Assembly: GCA_031414595.1 (NCBI GenBank)
Contig: JANNVX010000014.1
Span: 32,001-96,000 of the forward strand
From: Deinococcales bacterium
GTDB taxonomy: Bacteria; Deinococcota; Deinococci; Deinococcales; JAAFIG01
Length of the DNA: 64,000 nucleotides
Direction: 5' to 3'
Part shown: positions 9,467 through 19,436 of the stretch, piece by piece
Numbering within the stretch: the first letter of the stretch is position 1
Layout: every line of letters starts with the position of its first letter
The notes under the pieces: generated by a model
Databases searched by the model: none
Seen by the model: the letters and a program-made list of their open reading frames with translations, nothing else
What the model was told of the DNA's origin: nothing
Made by a program: the position numbers and the translations under genes

Positions 9467-11557
9467 GTGTTGAAACCTTTAACAACTCGAGTCTGGTGCT
9501 TGGTAATGGCGCTTATGGCGGTTTTGGTTGCTTGCCCTGATCCAATTCCACGGGTGGAGTATAAATTGCTGAGCATTTTGCCTACACCAGTCACCCCGGG
9601 CGACACAGTGACCGCCTTTGGGGTATTTCCAAAAACCGCCCAAGTCTTTGTGGGTGGTGAACTGATCACAAGTAGCGCAGTCAAGGACGGCTTGCGCTTT
9701 ACTCTTCCAAGCACAGCCTCAGCACAGGATACCAATGTCCGAATTTCAGGTGTTGCCCCTTGGGGAGAAAACATCAGCTTGGCTGGGTCTTTGGCAGTAA
9801 ACCCAAGGATTGATGCGGTTGCGGTTCAAGGGCAGTATGTGCGAGTTCTTGGGGCTGGCTGGACGGCTTCCTCGAGTGTGGTGCTTAAAGTCAATGGTCG
9901 GGCTGTACCAGTTTCTCAAGATGGTGCTGCTTTGCTGGGTGAACTGCCGAGGTCAGCAACTTTTGGCTTGTTGACTGTTACTGTCGAAGTTGCTAAAAGA
10001 GTTTCTAACCCCAAAGGTGTCTTATTTGAAGCTGGAGCAGTTCAAGGTCGGGTGAACATCCCAGTTGCGGTGGCTGAAATTCAGGCTCGAGTTTCAACCG
10101 TAAAAGCCACTCAAGTAAAGGCATTCTTAGTCAAAGGCACACAAGCTGCACAACGCGCAGTTCGGCTTTTGCCATACGCAGCCACAAAAGCTATCCGAGC
10201 TTTAGACTTAACCCAATTTACCTTCTCGAGTGTCGCCCTAGCCCAACAAGCCTTTAGGATACTTCGAGATGCAGCTATTTTTGCCGCATGGGATCAGTGG
10301 GTTGGGGTTACAGATGCAGGACTCAGCACCATAAGTCAAGCCCCCAAAAGTATTCGGACAACCTTGGCAGGTTCAGTCCCAACACCGAGTTCTGAGCAGT
10401 GGTTTCTTGGTTTACAAAGTATTCCAATGGCATGGCAAGTTACTCAAGGCAAAAACGTAACTGTTGCGGTGATTGATACCGGAGTTGACCTCAAGCATCC
10501 AGACCTCAAAGCCAATGTTTTGCCTGGATATGACTTTGTGGATAACGACCCAATTGCCCAAGATATTTCCGGACACGGCACACATGTGGCTGGGCTGGTG
10601 GCTGCCAATGGAAAAGCTTATGGCGTTGCACCACAAGCAAATATTTTGCCAATTCGGGTACTACGAGACCTCTCTGGCGGCAGCACCAGTACAGTTGCCC
10701 AAGGGATTCTCTGGGCAGCCAACTTATTGCCAGATTTACCAAATCTAAACCCAGCCCAAATTATTAACTTGTCGCTTGGCTCAAATGACTATAGTCCAAT
10801 CCTTGATGCGGCTATTCAGCAAGTCCAAACTCGAGGTGTGATTGTTGTTGCCGCAGCAGGAAATAGTGGTGGTGCAGTAGCGTTTCCTGCGGCACTCAAA
10901 GATGTTATTGCGGTAACTGCTTTGGCTGGGGTCAGAGGTGGAGACTTGCTTTACCAACCGTCTTATGCGTCCCGAGGTCCCGGTGTTTGGGTCACGGCTT
11001 TTGGTGGCGATATGTCTCAAGACCAAAATAAGGATGGTTTCCCCGACGGTATTCTCAGTACCGATGTGACCGACACAGGTTATGGTTTACGAATGGGGAC
11101 TAGCATGGCTTCACCCCAAGTTGCTGGACTTGCAGCACTTGCACTGGCGAGTGGCTCAAAACCAGCAATGGTACGTGAACTCTTAGCTCAAACAGCAACA
11201 GACTTAGGTGTTCGAGGCATAGATTTACAATTTGGCTATGGTCTAATTTCGTCTCGAGCCATCACAGGCAGCCAACCTCGAATGTATGCCATTGCACTGG
11301 ACACCACAAGTAAAGTGGTCAGTTGGAGTCTTGTACAGCAAGATGGTACGTTTCTGGTTCAAAACCTGACCCCAAGTCAAAATTTGCAAATCATTATTGC
11401 TAGTGACGAAAACGCCAATGGTATCGTTGGAGAGATAATGGAATGGCGTTCAGATACCTTGGAAATTCAAGCGGTAGCCGCACAAATTAAAGACGTTGAA
11501 ACCCTATCTTTGCATCCATCGAATCAAAGTGGTGTGCAGTTGATTGTTAAACCATAA
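9467..11557 (+). CDS. Lipoprotein S8 (subtilisin-like) serine protease with N-terminal IPT/TIG-like region
   Basis: Lipobox LVAC; catalytic motifs VIDTG, GHGTHVAG, AAAGN and GTSMASP. Confidence 0.92.
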   Translation: MLKPLTTRVWCLVMALMAVLVACPDPIPRVEYKLLSILPTPVTPGDTVTAFGVFPKTAQVFVGGELITSSAVKDGLRFTLPSTASAQDTNVRISGVAPWGENISLAGSLAVNPRIDAVAVQGQYVRVLGAGWTASSSVVLKVNGRAVPVSQDGAALLGELPRSATFGLLTVTVEVAKRVSNPKGVLFEAGAVQGRVNIPVAVAEIQARVSTVKATQVKAFLVKGTQAAQRAVRLLPYAATKAIRALDLTQFTFSSVALAQQAFRILRDAAIFAAWDQWVGVTDAGLSTISQAPKSIRTTLAGSVPTPSSEQWFLGLQSIPMAWQVTQGKNVTVAVIDTGVDLKHPDLKANVLPGYDFVDNDPIAQDISGHGTHVAGLVAANGKAYGVAPQANILPIRVLRDLSGGSTSTVAQGILWAANLLPDLPNLNPAQIINLSLGSNDYSPILDAAIQQVQTRGVIVVAAAGNSGGAVAFPAALKDVIAVTALAGVRGGDLLYQPSYASRGPGVWVTAFGGDMSQDQNKDGFPDGILSTDVTDTGYGLRMGTSMASPQVAGLAALALASGSKPAMVRELLAQTATDLGVRGIDLQFGYGLISSRAITGSQPRMYAIALDTTSKVVSWSLVQQDGTFLVQNLTPSQNLQIIIASDENANGIVGEIMEWRSDTLEIQAVAAQIKDVETLSLHPSNQSGVQLIVKP

Positions 11558-11576
11558 GTGCAACCACGGAGGTTAT

Positions 11577-12821
11577 GTGAAGAAATTTTTTGGAATACTC
11601 TTAGTGATGGTCGCAGTTGCTGTAGGCATTGTCAGTCTTGCCGCAGCTTATCCAGCAAAACTCGAAAGTTTCCCTAGTGGATTTAGAATTCGAGCTGAAC
11701 AAAATATTCGTTTTTTTGTGGATTATCAGCAAAAGCAAATCATCGTTCCCGAAGCTCAATTGCCAGAGGGTACAAGTGTGCCATCAGATGCAAAGCTCGA
11801 GTTGCGAGCAGATGGTTTTATCCTAACCCTTTCCTATCCTTTTTCGGTAACGCTCAATCCATCAGGAAAATTGCTGACTATTCTCAAAGACGAACCAAAT
11901 GCTGTGCCTTCTGACGTTCGCATCCCCGTTTTTTACGAGATGCACAATGCCCAAGCATCCCAAGTCGCAGCTATTTTGACCCGTTTGTATCCTGGTTTGA
12001 AAGTTGAAGTTGATGAGCGTCAACGTTCAATCATAGTGCTACTCAGTCCTGCTGACCGTGAAGTAGTTGACCAAGTAATTAAACGCTTAGATGCACCACG
12101 ATTACAAGTCATGTTTGAAGCTGAAATTGTTGAAATAAACCGTAAAATATCACAGCAACTAGGCATAGATTACTCGAGACTTTTTAACCTTAACTTCAAA
12201 TTCAATGAAGGAACTCCACCCAATGGAGTGCTTGGCTTTGCGCCATTTCAACGCAGCCCTCTGTCACTTGAAGTGGGCATTAACCTGCTCAAATCAAACG
12301 GTGTGGCTAGAACACTCACTCGCCCTCGCATTGCCGTTTTGGATGGTCTCGAGGCGCGTATAAATGCTACTCAGACCCAGCCTATTCGCACAGTTGGCTC
12401 TGGTGGACAAGTTACTGTCTCCAATATCACCACAGGTATCAGTCTTCGTTTAGTTCCTAAAGTCGCTCCAGACAAGACCATTGAATCACAACTGAGTATT
12501 GCTGTTTCGTCACCTACAGGTATCTCGAGTGAAGGTTTACCAACCTACAGTACCCGTGAAGCGAGCACAACGGTACGAGTAAAAAATGCTGAGAGTATTG
12601 TTATCGGTGGATTGATCGAATCAAGGCGTAGTACCTCAAGTTCAGGAATTCCGGGGCTTATGGATATTCCAATTCTCGGAGAATTATTCAGAACAACCTT
12701 TACCGAGGAGTCTGACACCGATCTTTTGATTGTTGTTACCCCCTATGTAGTCAATAATGTCTTGCTCCCAGAAACTCCTCCTGCTCCAGAAACTCCTCAA
12801 GAACCACCAAGTCAACCATGA
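11577..12821 (+). CDS. Secretin (GspD/PilQ-type outer-membrane channel), short form
   Basis: N3-like domain, DAPRLQVMFEAEIVE, IVIGGLI, GIPGLMDIPILGELF and LLIVVTP; GTG start after GGAGG. Confidence 0.9.
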   Translation: MKKFFGILLVMVAVAVGIVSLAAAYPAKLESFPSGFRIRAEQNIRFFVDYQQKQIIVPEAQLPEGTSVPSDAKLELRADGFILTLSYPFSVTLNPSGKLLTILKDEPNAVPSDVRIPVFYEMHNAQASQVAAILTRLYPGLKVEVDERQRSIIVLLSPADREVVDQVIKRLDAPRLQVMFEAEIVEINRKISQQLGIDYSRLFNLNFKFNEGTPPNGVLGFAPFQRSPLSLEVGINLLKSNGVARTLTRPRIAVLDGLEARINATQTQPIRTVGSGGQVTVSNITTGISLRLVPKVAPDKTIESQLSIAVSSPTGISSEGLPTYSTREASTTVRVKNAESIVIGGLIESRRSTSSSGIPGLMDIPILGELFRTTFTEESDTDLLIVVTPYVVNNVLLPETPPAPETPQEPPSQP

Positions 12822-13249
12822 AAAGATTGAATTTGCTTTGGGTTTGTATTGTCTGTCTAATGGCGTGTGCGCCTGCGGTCAGTATTACATTTCAACCTCA
12901 AGTAAATAATCCTCTGACTCAAAAAATGATTGTGGCTTTTAAGGCTGTCTTTACTTATTATCAACTACAAGTTAAAGAACAGGCTTCATATCAATACGAC
13001 GGAACAGATGAACGAGCGTTTCTACTGGCAATTGATCAGTTTTACCTTGCAAATCCAGGTTTTTGTCCAATGAATGATGGATTCCATGTCAATGCAGATG
13101 GCACATTGCAAATGACCTTGGCAGCAAAAAAAGAACAGGTTATTGCTTTCATATATGACCTTCGGAATAAGCCCAAATTTGTTTATGTAATCGTCTCTGG
13201 AATTAGCCAAATTGAACCCCCTACTCGCCCTTGTCGTAACGGAAACTAA
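12818..13249 (+). CDS. Hypothetical lipoprotein
   Basis: Lipobox LMAC; ATGA overlap with the secretin stop. Confidence 0.7.
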   Translation: MKRLNLLWVCIVCLMACAPAVSITFQPQVNNPLTQKMIVAFKAVFTYYQLQVKEQASYQYDGTDERAFLLAIDQFYLANPGFCPMNDGFHVNADGTLQMTLAAKKEQVIAFIYDLRNKPKFVYVIVSGISQIEPPTRPCRNGN

Positions 13250-13257
13250 GGAATAAT

Positions 13258-13959
13258 ATGAAAAAATGGATTGTAATTACCGCTTTAATTGTAGGAACAG
13301 CTTTTGCCTTAGCTCAAAGTAATGGTTTAGCTTTATTCAACAAAGTTCGAGCTATACATGGGGATGCAGCTCTGACTGGACTCAAAACACTCCGAATTAC
13401 AAGTAATGTAGAAAATATTGACTCGGTAGGAAAGGTATCAATCCTTGCAACCCAAGTCGCAATTTACGATTTTGAAAATATGCGTTACAAATTGTTGGTC
13501 AGCACAGGAAATCAAGCTATAGACGGGTATCGAATAACTTCAAATGACTCAACTCAATGGACTCCGAAGGGCATCAAAGCAATCCCAGAAAGTCAAGCAA
13601 ACATCCTGCGGTATACATTTGTTCAAGGTATCCTACCTTTACGCCTCAATCCACAAACATGGACTTCAATCAATCAGACTTCTGGTACTATCGCAGGTTT
13701 GAACGGGGACATATTAACGTTGCAAAGTGCATCACAACGTACTTCATTACTTGTAAATAATGATGGTGAAATTCAGGCACAACGTTTTACCGTAGGCGAT
13801 CAATTTGAGACTGTCTTTGGGGAGTATCAAGTTATTTCAGGAATTCGCTTTGCAACTCGAGAACGATTACTGAGAAACGGGAATTTTGCCATTAGATTAT
13901 CGCATACCAAAATTAATGTTAATCCTTCACTCAATGCTACAGATTTTATTTTGCCGTAA
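13258..13959 (+). CDS. Hypothetical exported protein
   Basis: Signal peptide MKKWIVITALIVGTAFALA; RBS AAGGA. Confidence 0.7.
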   Translation: MKKWIVITALIVGTAFALAQSNGLALFNKVRAIHGDAALTGLKTLRITSNVENIDSVGKVSILATQVAIYDFENMRYKLLVSTGNQAIDGYRITSNDSTQWTPKGIKAIPESQANILRYTFVQGILPLRLNPQTWTSINQTSGTIAGLNGDILTLQSASQRTSLLVNNDGEIQAQRFTVGDQFETVFGEYQVISGIRFATRERLLRNGNFAIRLSHTKINVNPSLNATDFILP

Positions 13960-13988
13960 GAGTTTACTGCTCTAATTGACGGTCTGAC

Positions 13989-14110
13989 TCAGCTTTTCCG
14001 ACTGGTCATTCCAAACACAAAGGGTGGGGCTAGTTTACCCATTTCCTTAAGGTCTGCTTCGATTTCTTCGCGCTGATTGGTTTAGCGTTTAATGCCACTG
14101 GCTTGTAGCA
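13989..14110 (-). pseudogene. Remnant paralogous to the C-terminus of the 18299-18688 protein
   Basis: Translates LQASGIKR*TNQREEIEADLKEMGKLAPPFVFG versus LQPTGSTRQTNHRQQVKADFETMSKPVPAFVFG; internal TAA. Confidence 0.7.
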
Positions 14111-14590
14111 CCAATTTGGCATTTAAGTAAGACATAAATTCTCTTTAATCTAATCCCACCGCACAACTGCTTGACCCGTTCCAAATCACTTGTGAAATCA
14201 AGCAACCAATTGTCCATAATAGCTTTCTTCTTTGCCTAGCTTGAATTGGATGTGATGGATTTACGTTATTTATCATAGGTTAGTTGCGAGATTGAGTTCA
14301 CTACAGAGGAATTTATATTGCATTTATAGCCAAATTATATCTTTTTTATGATTTGGCTAATTTCAGTATATTCACTTGAAGCATAGTAAAGTTTACCGCA
14401 CAGTCACATTGAAATCAGCAATTTACTCATGTTCTTGAATCTAATTTCCTCCGCGCCGTTCCCTGTGTACTCACAAGGCAGCAGATTTGATTGGTTTTGG
14501 ACAAATTCTCAAAAGTGAGCGCACCGTAATATGACCCTCGAGATAATCATACATATCTCGAGTCCAAAAAACGCTTCCCGCCTTGCTTTA

Positions 14591-14911
14591 TCACTTCGTT
14601 GTACTCTTTTGACGTTTAGGTGGTAAATGATTTGAAGAAGGTTGTGCCAATAAATCAGATGGCTCAAGACCCATCTTTCGAGCTACTGTGAACAATCGAA
14701 GCAAAGTAGGATTAAACCGCCAGACCTGTTTACTCTCGAGTTGCTGATACCAATTCAGTCCAATGCCCAGTTGCTCGGCTGCCTTTTCTTGTGTCCAACC
14801 CAATTCCAATCTGCGTTGCCGAATGCGACTTTGAATCAATCGCAAGTATTCTGCATCTCGAGAATCTAATTCTCGTAGGAATTCTGTCAGTGCAGTTGAG
14901 CGTTGCGGCAC
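14591..14911 (-). CDS. XRE-family HTH transcriptional regulator
   Basis: IRQRRLELGWTQEKAAEQLG..YQQLE...NPTL. Confidence 0.85.
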   Translation of the reverse strand: MPQRSTALTEFLRELDSRDAEYLRLIQSRIRQRRLELGWTQEKAAEQLGIGLNWYQQLESKQVWRFNPTLLRLFTVARKMGLEPSDLLAQPSSNHLPPKRQKSTTK

Positions 14912-14945
14912 ATTGTTACAATTCGCTTTGCCATCCTCTTAGACA

Positions 14946-14963
14946 ACCCTGTTCAAACAGGGT
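14946..14963. promoter_or_regulatory. Inverted repeat ACCCTGTT-CA-AACAGGGT, candidate XRE operator
   Basis: Perfect 8-2-8 inverted repeat between divergent genes. Confidence 0.55.
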
Positions 14964-15045
14964 ATACTAACTTAACCATGACCAGCCAAAGCGTATGTAA
15001 CAGTAATTGGCTTGGGTCAATGAATCGCTAACAAGGTGAAGGGGT

Positions 15046-17043
15046 ATGTTCATGACAAAGCAGAAAAAATGGTTTCTGGCACTCGGTATTGGAATCTTGG
15101 CAATCGCAGTGGCGCAAAGTCCTTCATACACCTTTAGCATTGCTGGTCGTAATGTCAAGTTAAGCACCCTCGAACAAAAGAATCAAGTCTTTGTGAACAT
15201 CACCGAACTTGGCAAAGCAATGGGTTTTGGCGTGACCATTGACCAAAAGAAACGCACCGTTGTCCTCAGCAATACCTCGAGTGCCGTTGCCAGACTCACC
15301 CCACCTGTCAATCCCAATGCTCCAATCCAAGTCAATACCCTCACTGATACCCCAGATGCCAAACCAGGTGATGCCATTTGTGCCGATAGCCTAGGACAAT
15401 GCAGCTTAAGAGCCGCGATTCAAGAAGTGGTGGCACAAAAACGAACTCGAGATATTCGAGTACCCAATGGAACCTATACCCTCGAGCGAGGCGCGTTCAA
15501 TATCCCAGCCCAAAATGCTGCTTTCCAAGTCCGTATTCGCGGTGAGAACAAAGACAGCACCATCATCAATGCTGATGGACGAGACCGTGCTTTTGTGCTG
15601 AATGCAGGGCAGAAGTTGCTTCTCGAGAACTTGACCATTCGTAATGGGTCAACCACGGAGTCAGGTGGGGTGATCGCCATTCTTGGATATGGCAGTGGTA
15701 CAAACTCGGCTTTAACCCTCAAATCAACCAAATTCTTTGCCAACAAAGCCGGTGGGAGCGGCGCAGTGATCGCTGTTCTACAAGAGTATGGCAGTGTTTC
15801 AATTGACATCAGTCAATCTGAGTTTAGTGGTAACAGTGCCAGTAAAAATGGAGGGGCAATATCCGCAGTCATCGGTCAAGAGCCTACCAGCTTAACCATT
15901 GACAACTCAGTCTTTATTGAGAACTCGAGCCTTGGCAGTGGCGGAGCAATTCAAACCAATGGAAATCTGAAAATCACCAAATCGCAGTTTCTAAAAAATG
16001 AATCCAGTGGTGGTGACGGCGGGGCAATCTCGAGTCGCGGTTCAACCAACTTCAGTGATGTCACAATGGATGGCAATTCAGCTTCAAATGGTGGTGCGGT
16101 CTTTATTGGTAGAGATCAGAAAAACGTTTCATTTGAAAATACACGCTTTTTGAACAATACAGCCACCAGCAATGGTGGGGCGTTATTTATTGATATGCAA
16201 AGTGCCTTTAATATGACTAAATCAGCATTTACTGGCAATACCAGTAAAAACTCAGGTGGAGCAATCTTTGTTTCCAACAGCAATAACATCAGCATCGCTG
16301 AAACGAATATCTCCGCCAATCAAGCTCAGACCCAAAGTGGTGGTGGTATTTTTGTTGCCAGTACCAGTCAAATGGCTGTACGCAAGAGTCAGATTTTTGG
16401 CAATACTGCTACTGAAATGGGTGGTGGAATTTACATTCAACCTCAAGTATTCCAAGGATTATCACCGATTGTCACGATTGACAGCATAAGTCTGTACCAG
16501 AATCGAGCCAAGAACGGGGCGGGAATATACTCGGCTGGAAACCTAACCATTCAAAACAGTACCGTTTCACAAAACATAGCGTCCAATCAAGGTGGTGCAG
16601 TTTTCAGTGGAGAATCTCCTGAATCTCCACTAGCGCCAATTCTCGTTCTAACCAGTTCAACCTTTTACGATAACCAAGCAGGGGATACGAATGCTAACCA
16701 AGTTTACTCAAAGCAAAAATTCACAACTCGCTCGAGTCTGTTCTACAACAGCCAAGGCAAGAACTGCAATGCGCCAGAAGTGATTAGCCTTGGCTACAAC
16801 ATCGCTTCGGATGACAGTTGCAAATTGACTGGAAAAGCTGACCAGAACAATACTGACCCCAAACTCGGACTCCTAGCTGACAATGGTGGTGGTCTCTTGA
16901 CCCATCTGCCAGTGGTTGGTTCACCAGCCATTGATGTCGTGCCACTGAACACCTGTGAAGCTCGAGACAATCGTGGGGTGGTTCGGCCTCAAGGTGCAGC
17001 TTGTGATGTTGGGGCAGTTGAGCGCAGTCCAACGGATAAATAA
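15046..17043 (+). CDS. Secreted CSLREA-domain right-handed beta-helix (Pmp-like repeat) protein with choice-of-anchor Q-like C-terminus
   Basis: Signal peptide; CSLRAAIQE; many FxxNxA..GGAI repeats; DPKLGLLADNGG...GSPAID...RPQG..CDVGAVE. Confidence 0.85.
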   Translation: MFMTKQKKWFLALGIGILAIAVAQSPSYTFSIAGRNVKLSTLEQKNQVFVNITELGKAMGFGVTIDQKKRTVVLSNTSSAVARLTPPVNPNAPIQVNTLTDTPDAKPGDAICADSLGQCSLRAAIQEVVAQKRTRDIRVPNGTYTLERGAFNIPAQNAAFQVRIRGENKDSTIINADGRDRAFVLNAGQKLLLENLTIRNGSTTESGGVIAILGYGSGTNSALTLKSTKFFANKAGGSGAVIAVLQEYGSVSIDISQSEFSGNSASKNGGAISAVIGQEPTSLTIDNSVFIENSSLGSGGAIQTNGNLKITKSQFLKNESSGGDGGAISSRGSTNFSDVTMDGNSASNGGAVFIGRDQKNVSFENTRFLNNTATSNGGALFIDMQSAFNMTKSAFTGNTSKNSGGAIFVSNSNNISIAETNISANQAQTQSGGGIFVASTSQMAVRKSQIFGNTATEMGGGIYIQPQVFQGLSPIVTIDSISLYQNRAKNGAGIYSAGNLTIQNSTVSQNIASNQGGAVFSGESPESPLAPILVLTSSTFYDNQAGDTNANQVYSKQKFTTRSSLFYNSQGKNCNAPEVISLGYNIASDDSCKLTGKADQNNTDPKLGLLADNGGGLLTHLPVVGSPAIDVVPLNTCEARDNRGVVRPQGAACDVGAVERSPTDK

Positions 17044-17140
17044 CTTTACTTTTGCAGTTAAAAGGCGGAAAATGACTCGAGACTCCTCGAGATTTTGTCG
17101 CTACGGCAATGCGTTCTTAACACAACTGGATGGTTAAACC

Positions 17141-17584
17141 ATGCAAGCATTTATTCCCACAAGACCAGCACCCGCTCCACCAAGAGTATCACTGCTTGGA
17201 CTAAAAGCCACAACCATTTTAGAGGTTGGTGAAGCAGTCGAAAACGGTTTTGCCACAAGCCTTGTCAAGCGGTTTGCTTCGCATATCAATGCTTCGTTGC
17301 AAGATACACTCAAACTGCTGGATATAAGCAAACGCACTTTTCACCAATACCAACGCCATAAAAAGCCTCTGAGCCGAAGTGTAAGTATCAATGTGCTTCT
17401 CTTAGCCCAAATCACAGAGGCAGCCGAGCAGTATTTTGAAGATAAAACCAATGCCCATGCTTGGCTTGCCACACCTCGAACTACTTTTGGAGGCACGACA
17501 CCTCTTCAGTTCAGTCTGCTGCCCAATGGGGCTGAATACGTTAGAGCCGTGTTGAACAAACTCGAGCATGGGGTTGTTACGTGA
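17141..17584 (+). CDS. Xre/MbcA/ParS-type antitoxin (partner of RES toxins), apparently orphan
   Basis: ISKRTF HTH; A..WL.TP...FGG.TPL....GAEYV..VL.KLEHG. Confidence 0.8.
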   Translation: MQAFIPTRPAPAPPRVSLLGLKATTILEVGEAVENGFATSLVKRFASHINASLQDTLKLLDISKRTFHQYQRHKKPLSRSVSINVLLLAQITEAAEQYFEDKTNAHAWLATPRTTFGGTTPLQFSLLPNGAEYVRAVLNKLEHGVVT

Positions 17585-17724
17585 AATTTGTTTCTGCAAC
17601 GCGTTTTCAAATAGAAGTAAGCTCAACAATGGCAACTCGGGAAGCATGGATGTCCGAGCAACCCTTTTGGAGTGTCACAGTATAGCCCTAACGAAAAGTT
17701 GGGCTTTACCTGTTGAATCATTGC

Positions 17725-18117
17725 CTAAGCGTCTTCCTCATCTCTAAGCTCTCGAGTGAATATGTTGGATTCGCAATCAATTGGATGAAGACCTATGAAT
17801 TCTGCATAATCAATGTCGTTCTTTTCAAGGTTTTGGTGTTCGTTTTTATGGACTCCATTTAATCCTTCATCCAACATCCGAGCCAAATCCTCGACTTTCC
17901 CGCCCCGCTCCTTGAGAAGACGACAAAATTCTTGCCTGCCGATTGATTTTACCAAATCATCCCTATCAAAGAGCATCGCTGCGTATAATCTTGGTTCTGG
18001 CATAAAGGTTTTGTCGTGACTTGAGAATGCAATCAGGTCATAGTTAAGGTCACTTCTTTCACGAATCGCCACAAGACGCTTCCCGTACAGGTAAAAATGT
18101 GTGTTTTTCGGTAACAT
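17725..18117 (-). CDS. Hypothetical protein (start uncertain)
   Basis: Open frame; GAGG upstream of ATG 18117. Confidence 0.5.
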   Translation of the reverse strand: MLPKNTHFYLYGKRLVAIRERSDLNYDLIAFSSHDKTFMPEPRLYAAMLFDRDDLVKSIGRQEFCRLLKERGGKVEDLARMLDEGLNGVHKNEHQNLEKNDIDYAEFIGLHPIDCESNIFTRELRDEEDA

Positions 18118-18298
18118 TGTTGCCATCCTCATGCACTTGTAGAAAAGAACCTTGCAGCACCACCACAACCAAATCCCAACGACCACCAATGCTCAAAAAT
18201 CACGATTATGACTACTCAAGTAGGAAACGATACTATTGAGGTCATGCTGTGATGATTGATTTCAAACCAAAAGTAAATCATGAAACCACAAATAATCA

Positions 18299-18688
18299 CT
18301 ACCTACCACGGTATCCAAAAACAAAAGCTGGAACTGGCTTGCTCATCGTCTCAAAGTCGGCTTTGACCTGTTGCCTATGATTGGTCTGACGGGTGCTACC
18401 AGTGGGTTGCAATTGGTCTATCCAAAGTTCCAAAGCATCTTCTGGTGAGTCTTCGTAAACCTCGAGTATTTTAGGTTCGGTCGGTTTGATGCTATCCCAA
18501 TGGATGTACCGATGTAAGCGTTGTAAATGCTGTTCTGGACTTTGACTCGAGGCAATCAGTCCAAGCATGTGTGATTCCTCGAGCATGATTGAACCTGCTT
18601 CTTCGCTTCTTAGAAGTTGCAGTAATTTACTGGTGTAGTCACGCCAGACTGTGTTGACTTCACGTTTTTGACGGTTTCTTTGGCTCAT
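18299..18688 (-). CDS. Hypothetical protein
   Basis: ATG 18688 with GGAG RBS; paralogous remnant at 13989. Confidence 0.7.
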   Translation of the reverse strand: MSQRNRQKREVNTVWRDYTSKLLQLLRSEEAGSIMLEESHMLGLIASSQSPEQHLQRLHRYIHWDSIKPTEPKILEVYEDSPEDALELWIDQLQPTGSTRQTNHRQQVKADFETMSKPVPAFVFGYRGR

Positions 18689-18741
18689 ATGATTTACTCC
18701 TTTTACACATCTTTTGCTTGTAGTTGCTTTTATTTGAGAAA

Positions 18742-19086
18742 TTATCCAAACTTCCTTTGAACCAAACGCCAGCACAAAGTGACCATCAGACCAGCGAATA
18801 GAATCACTGCCCAACTTGGTAATTGCAGAATCACCGCCAAGCTGTATGAGTAAACCCCAGCACAAAAGGTTAAAGACCAGACCAATGGAATTTTGGCAAA
18901 TAATTGTAGAAACGCATCAAGATTATGCCCATAGTGCTTCTCGAGCAAGAATAGGATGATGGCAAAGACCATCAGGCTCGAGACAAGACAAAGCCCAATT
19001 GAGGCATTGACAGTCACGAGTAATCTTGTTGTCAAACCTCCAGCCAGAACTGCAAAAACAAGCAACTCGAGGTGAACCCTTTTCAT
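18742..19086 (-). CDS. Hypothetical membrane protein (about 4 TM segments)
   Basis: Hydrophobic segments; 4-nt overlap with upstream gene. Confidence 0.65.
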   Translation of the reverse strand: MKRVHLELLVFAVLAGGLTTRLLVTVNASIGLCLVSSLMVFAIILFLLEKHYGHNLDAFLQLFAKIPLVWSLTFCAGVYSYSLAVILQLPSWAVILFAGLMVTLCWRLVQRKFG

Positions 19087-19436
19087 GGTGTCTCCAAGTT
19101 CGCCTTGCCAAAAAACCGAGTATTCATTTGTTCTCGTAACCGATGATTCTCAAGGGTGAGTTTACCAAGTAAGCGCTCGAGTAGGATTTCTTGGGCTTTT
19201 GATCGCTCGAGTTGTTTTTGTAGATTCAAATTCTCGGTCTCGAGTAAACCAGATTGTTGTTCTGAACTAATAAAAGCATCATTACCAAAGCGTTCATATA
19301 AAGCTCGCCAAGAAAATAAGGTTGAAGCTAGGATTTTATGTTCTCGAGCCACAGCACTAGGTCGTTTGTGTTGTTCAATGACTTCCTTGACCATTCGCAA
19401 CTTAAATTCGGGGGTGTATAACTTTCGGTTTTTCAT
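19083..19436 (-). CDS. IS3-type OrfA-like HTH/leucine-zipper protein without OrfB
   Basis: RKLYTPEFKLRMVKE...VAREHKI..STLFSWR plus coiled coil ending LGKLTLEN. Confidence 0.75.
   Translation of the reverse strand: MKNRKLYTPEFKLRMVKEVIEQHKRPSAVAREHKILASTLFSWRALYERFGNDAFISSEQQSGLLETENLNLQKQLERSKAQEILLERLLGKLTLENHRLREQMNTRFFGKANLETP

Noticed and set aside
19083-19436. Intact IS3-family insertion sequence
   Set aside because: No OrfB/DDE domain or terminal repeats; the gene is coupled to unrelated neighbours.
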